DNA of 64,000 nucleotides from Raja brachyura (Eukaryota), in contig OY740785.1 in NCBI GenBank assembly GCA_963514005.1, positions 67,828,001-67,892,000 on the forward strand. The letters are read 5' to 3'. Of this stretch, positions 63,785 to 64,000 are shown one piece after another (position 1 is the first letter of the stretch; each line of letters begins with the position of its first letter). A program made the position numbers and the translations under genes. Under the pieces are notes generated by a model. That model did no database searches. It was not told the origin of the DNA and worked only from the letters and a program-made list of their open reading frames with translations.

Positions 63785-63912
63785 GTGTAAGAAGGAACTG
63801 CAGATGCTGGTTTAAATCAAAGATAGAGACAAAATGCTGGAGTAACTCAGCGGGACAGGCAGCATTTCTAGAGAGAAGGAATGGGTGCCGTTTCGGGTCG
63901 AGACCCTTCTTA
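63785..63912 (-). mobile_element. Penelope-like terminal repeat fragment
   Basis: AAGAAGGAACTGCAGATGCTGG...GTTTCGGGTCGAGACCCTTCTT; same family as 16270-16755; ribozyme core truncated. Confidence 0.75.
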
Positions 63913-64000
63913 CATTAAAGTCCTTTTAAAGATGAGTCAGAAAAGGAAGATTATTTGCTCCTGAACGGAGATGGACTATATTACATCTTAAAAAAATAGG

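Overview
Vertebrate genomic DNA, inferred to be a cartilaginous fish (most likely a skate or ray) from its repeat content: HE1/V-SINE-type SINEs, HER1/CR1 LINEs, Rex1/Babar LINEs and Penelope-like elements. The + strand carries 17 coding exons of HADHA (mitochondrial trifunctional protein alpha; equivalent to human exons 4-20). They splice GT-AG into an open 2112-nt frame of 703 aa plus stop, ending at 42382; exons 1-3 lie upstream of the window. The - strand carries the last coding exon of GAREM2 (C-terminal SAM domain, 60337-61348), convergent with HADHA as in human. Introns and the 18-kb region between the two stop codons are dense with nested transposons. Four observations stand out. (1) A non-autonomous Helitron-like family has shared ends but different interiors. 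One copy carries a recognisable ALG13 first exon with its intron donor, others carry CCAAT/GC-box or CRE-CCAAT-octamer promoter-like modules, and one is a head-to-tail dimer with two different terminators. (2) A hAT-like DNA transposon family retains a coding remnant resembling a Spin/Ssty (spindlin) Tudor-like methyl-histone reader. (3) Tandem minimal hammerhead-ribozyme cores sit in Penelope-like termini. (4) There is a three-layer CR1 nest with an inverted tail, and a locally templated 145-bp insertion. All homology calls are by eye and from memory; no searches were run.
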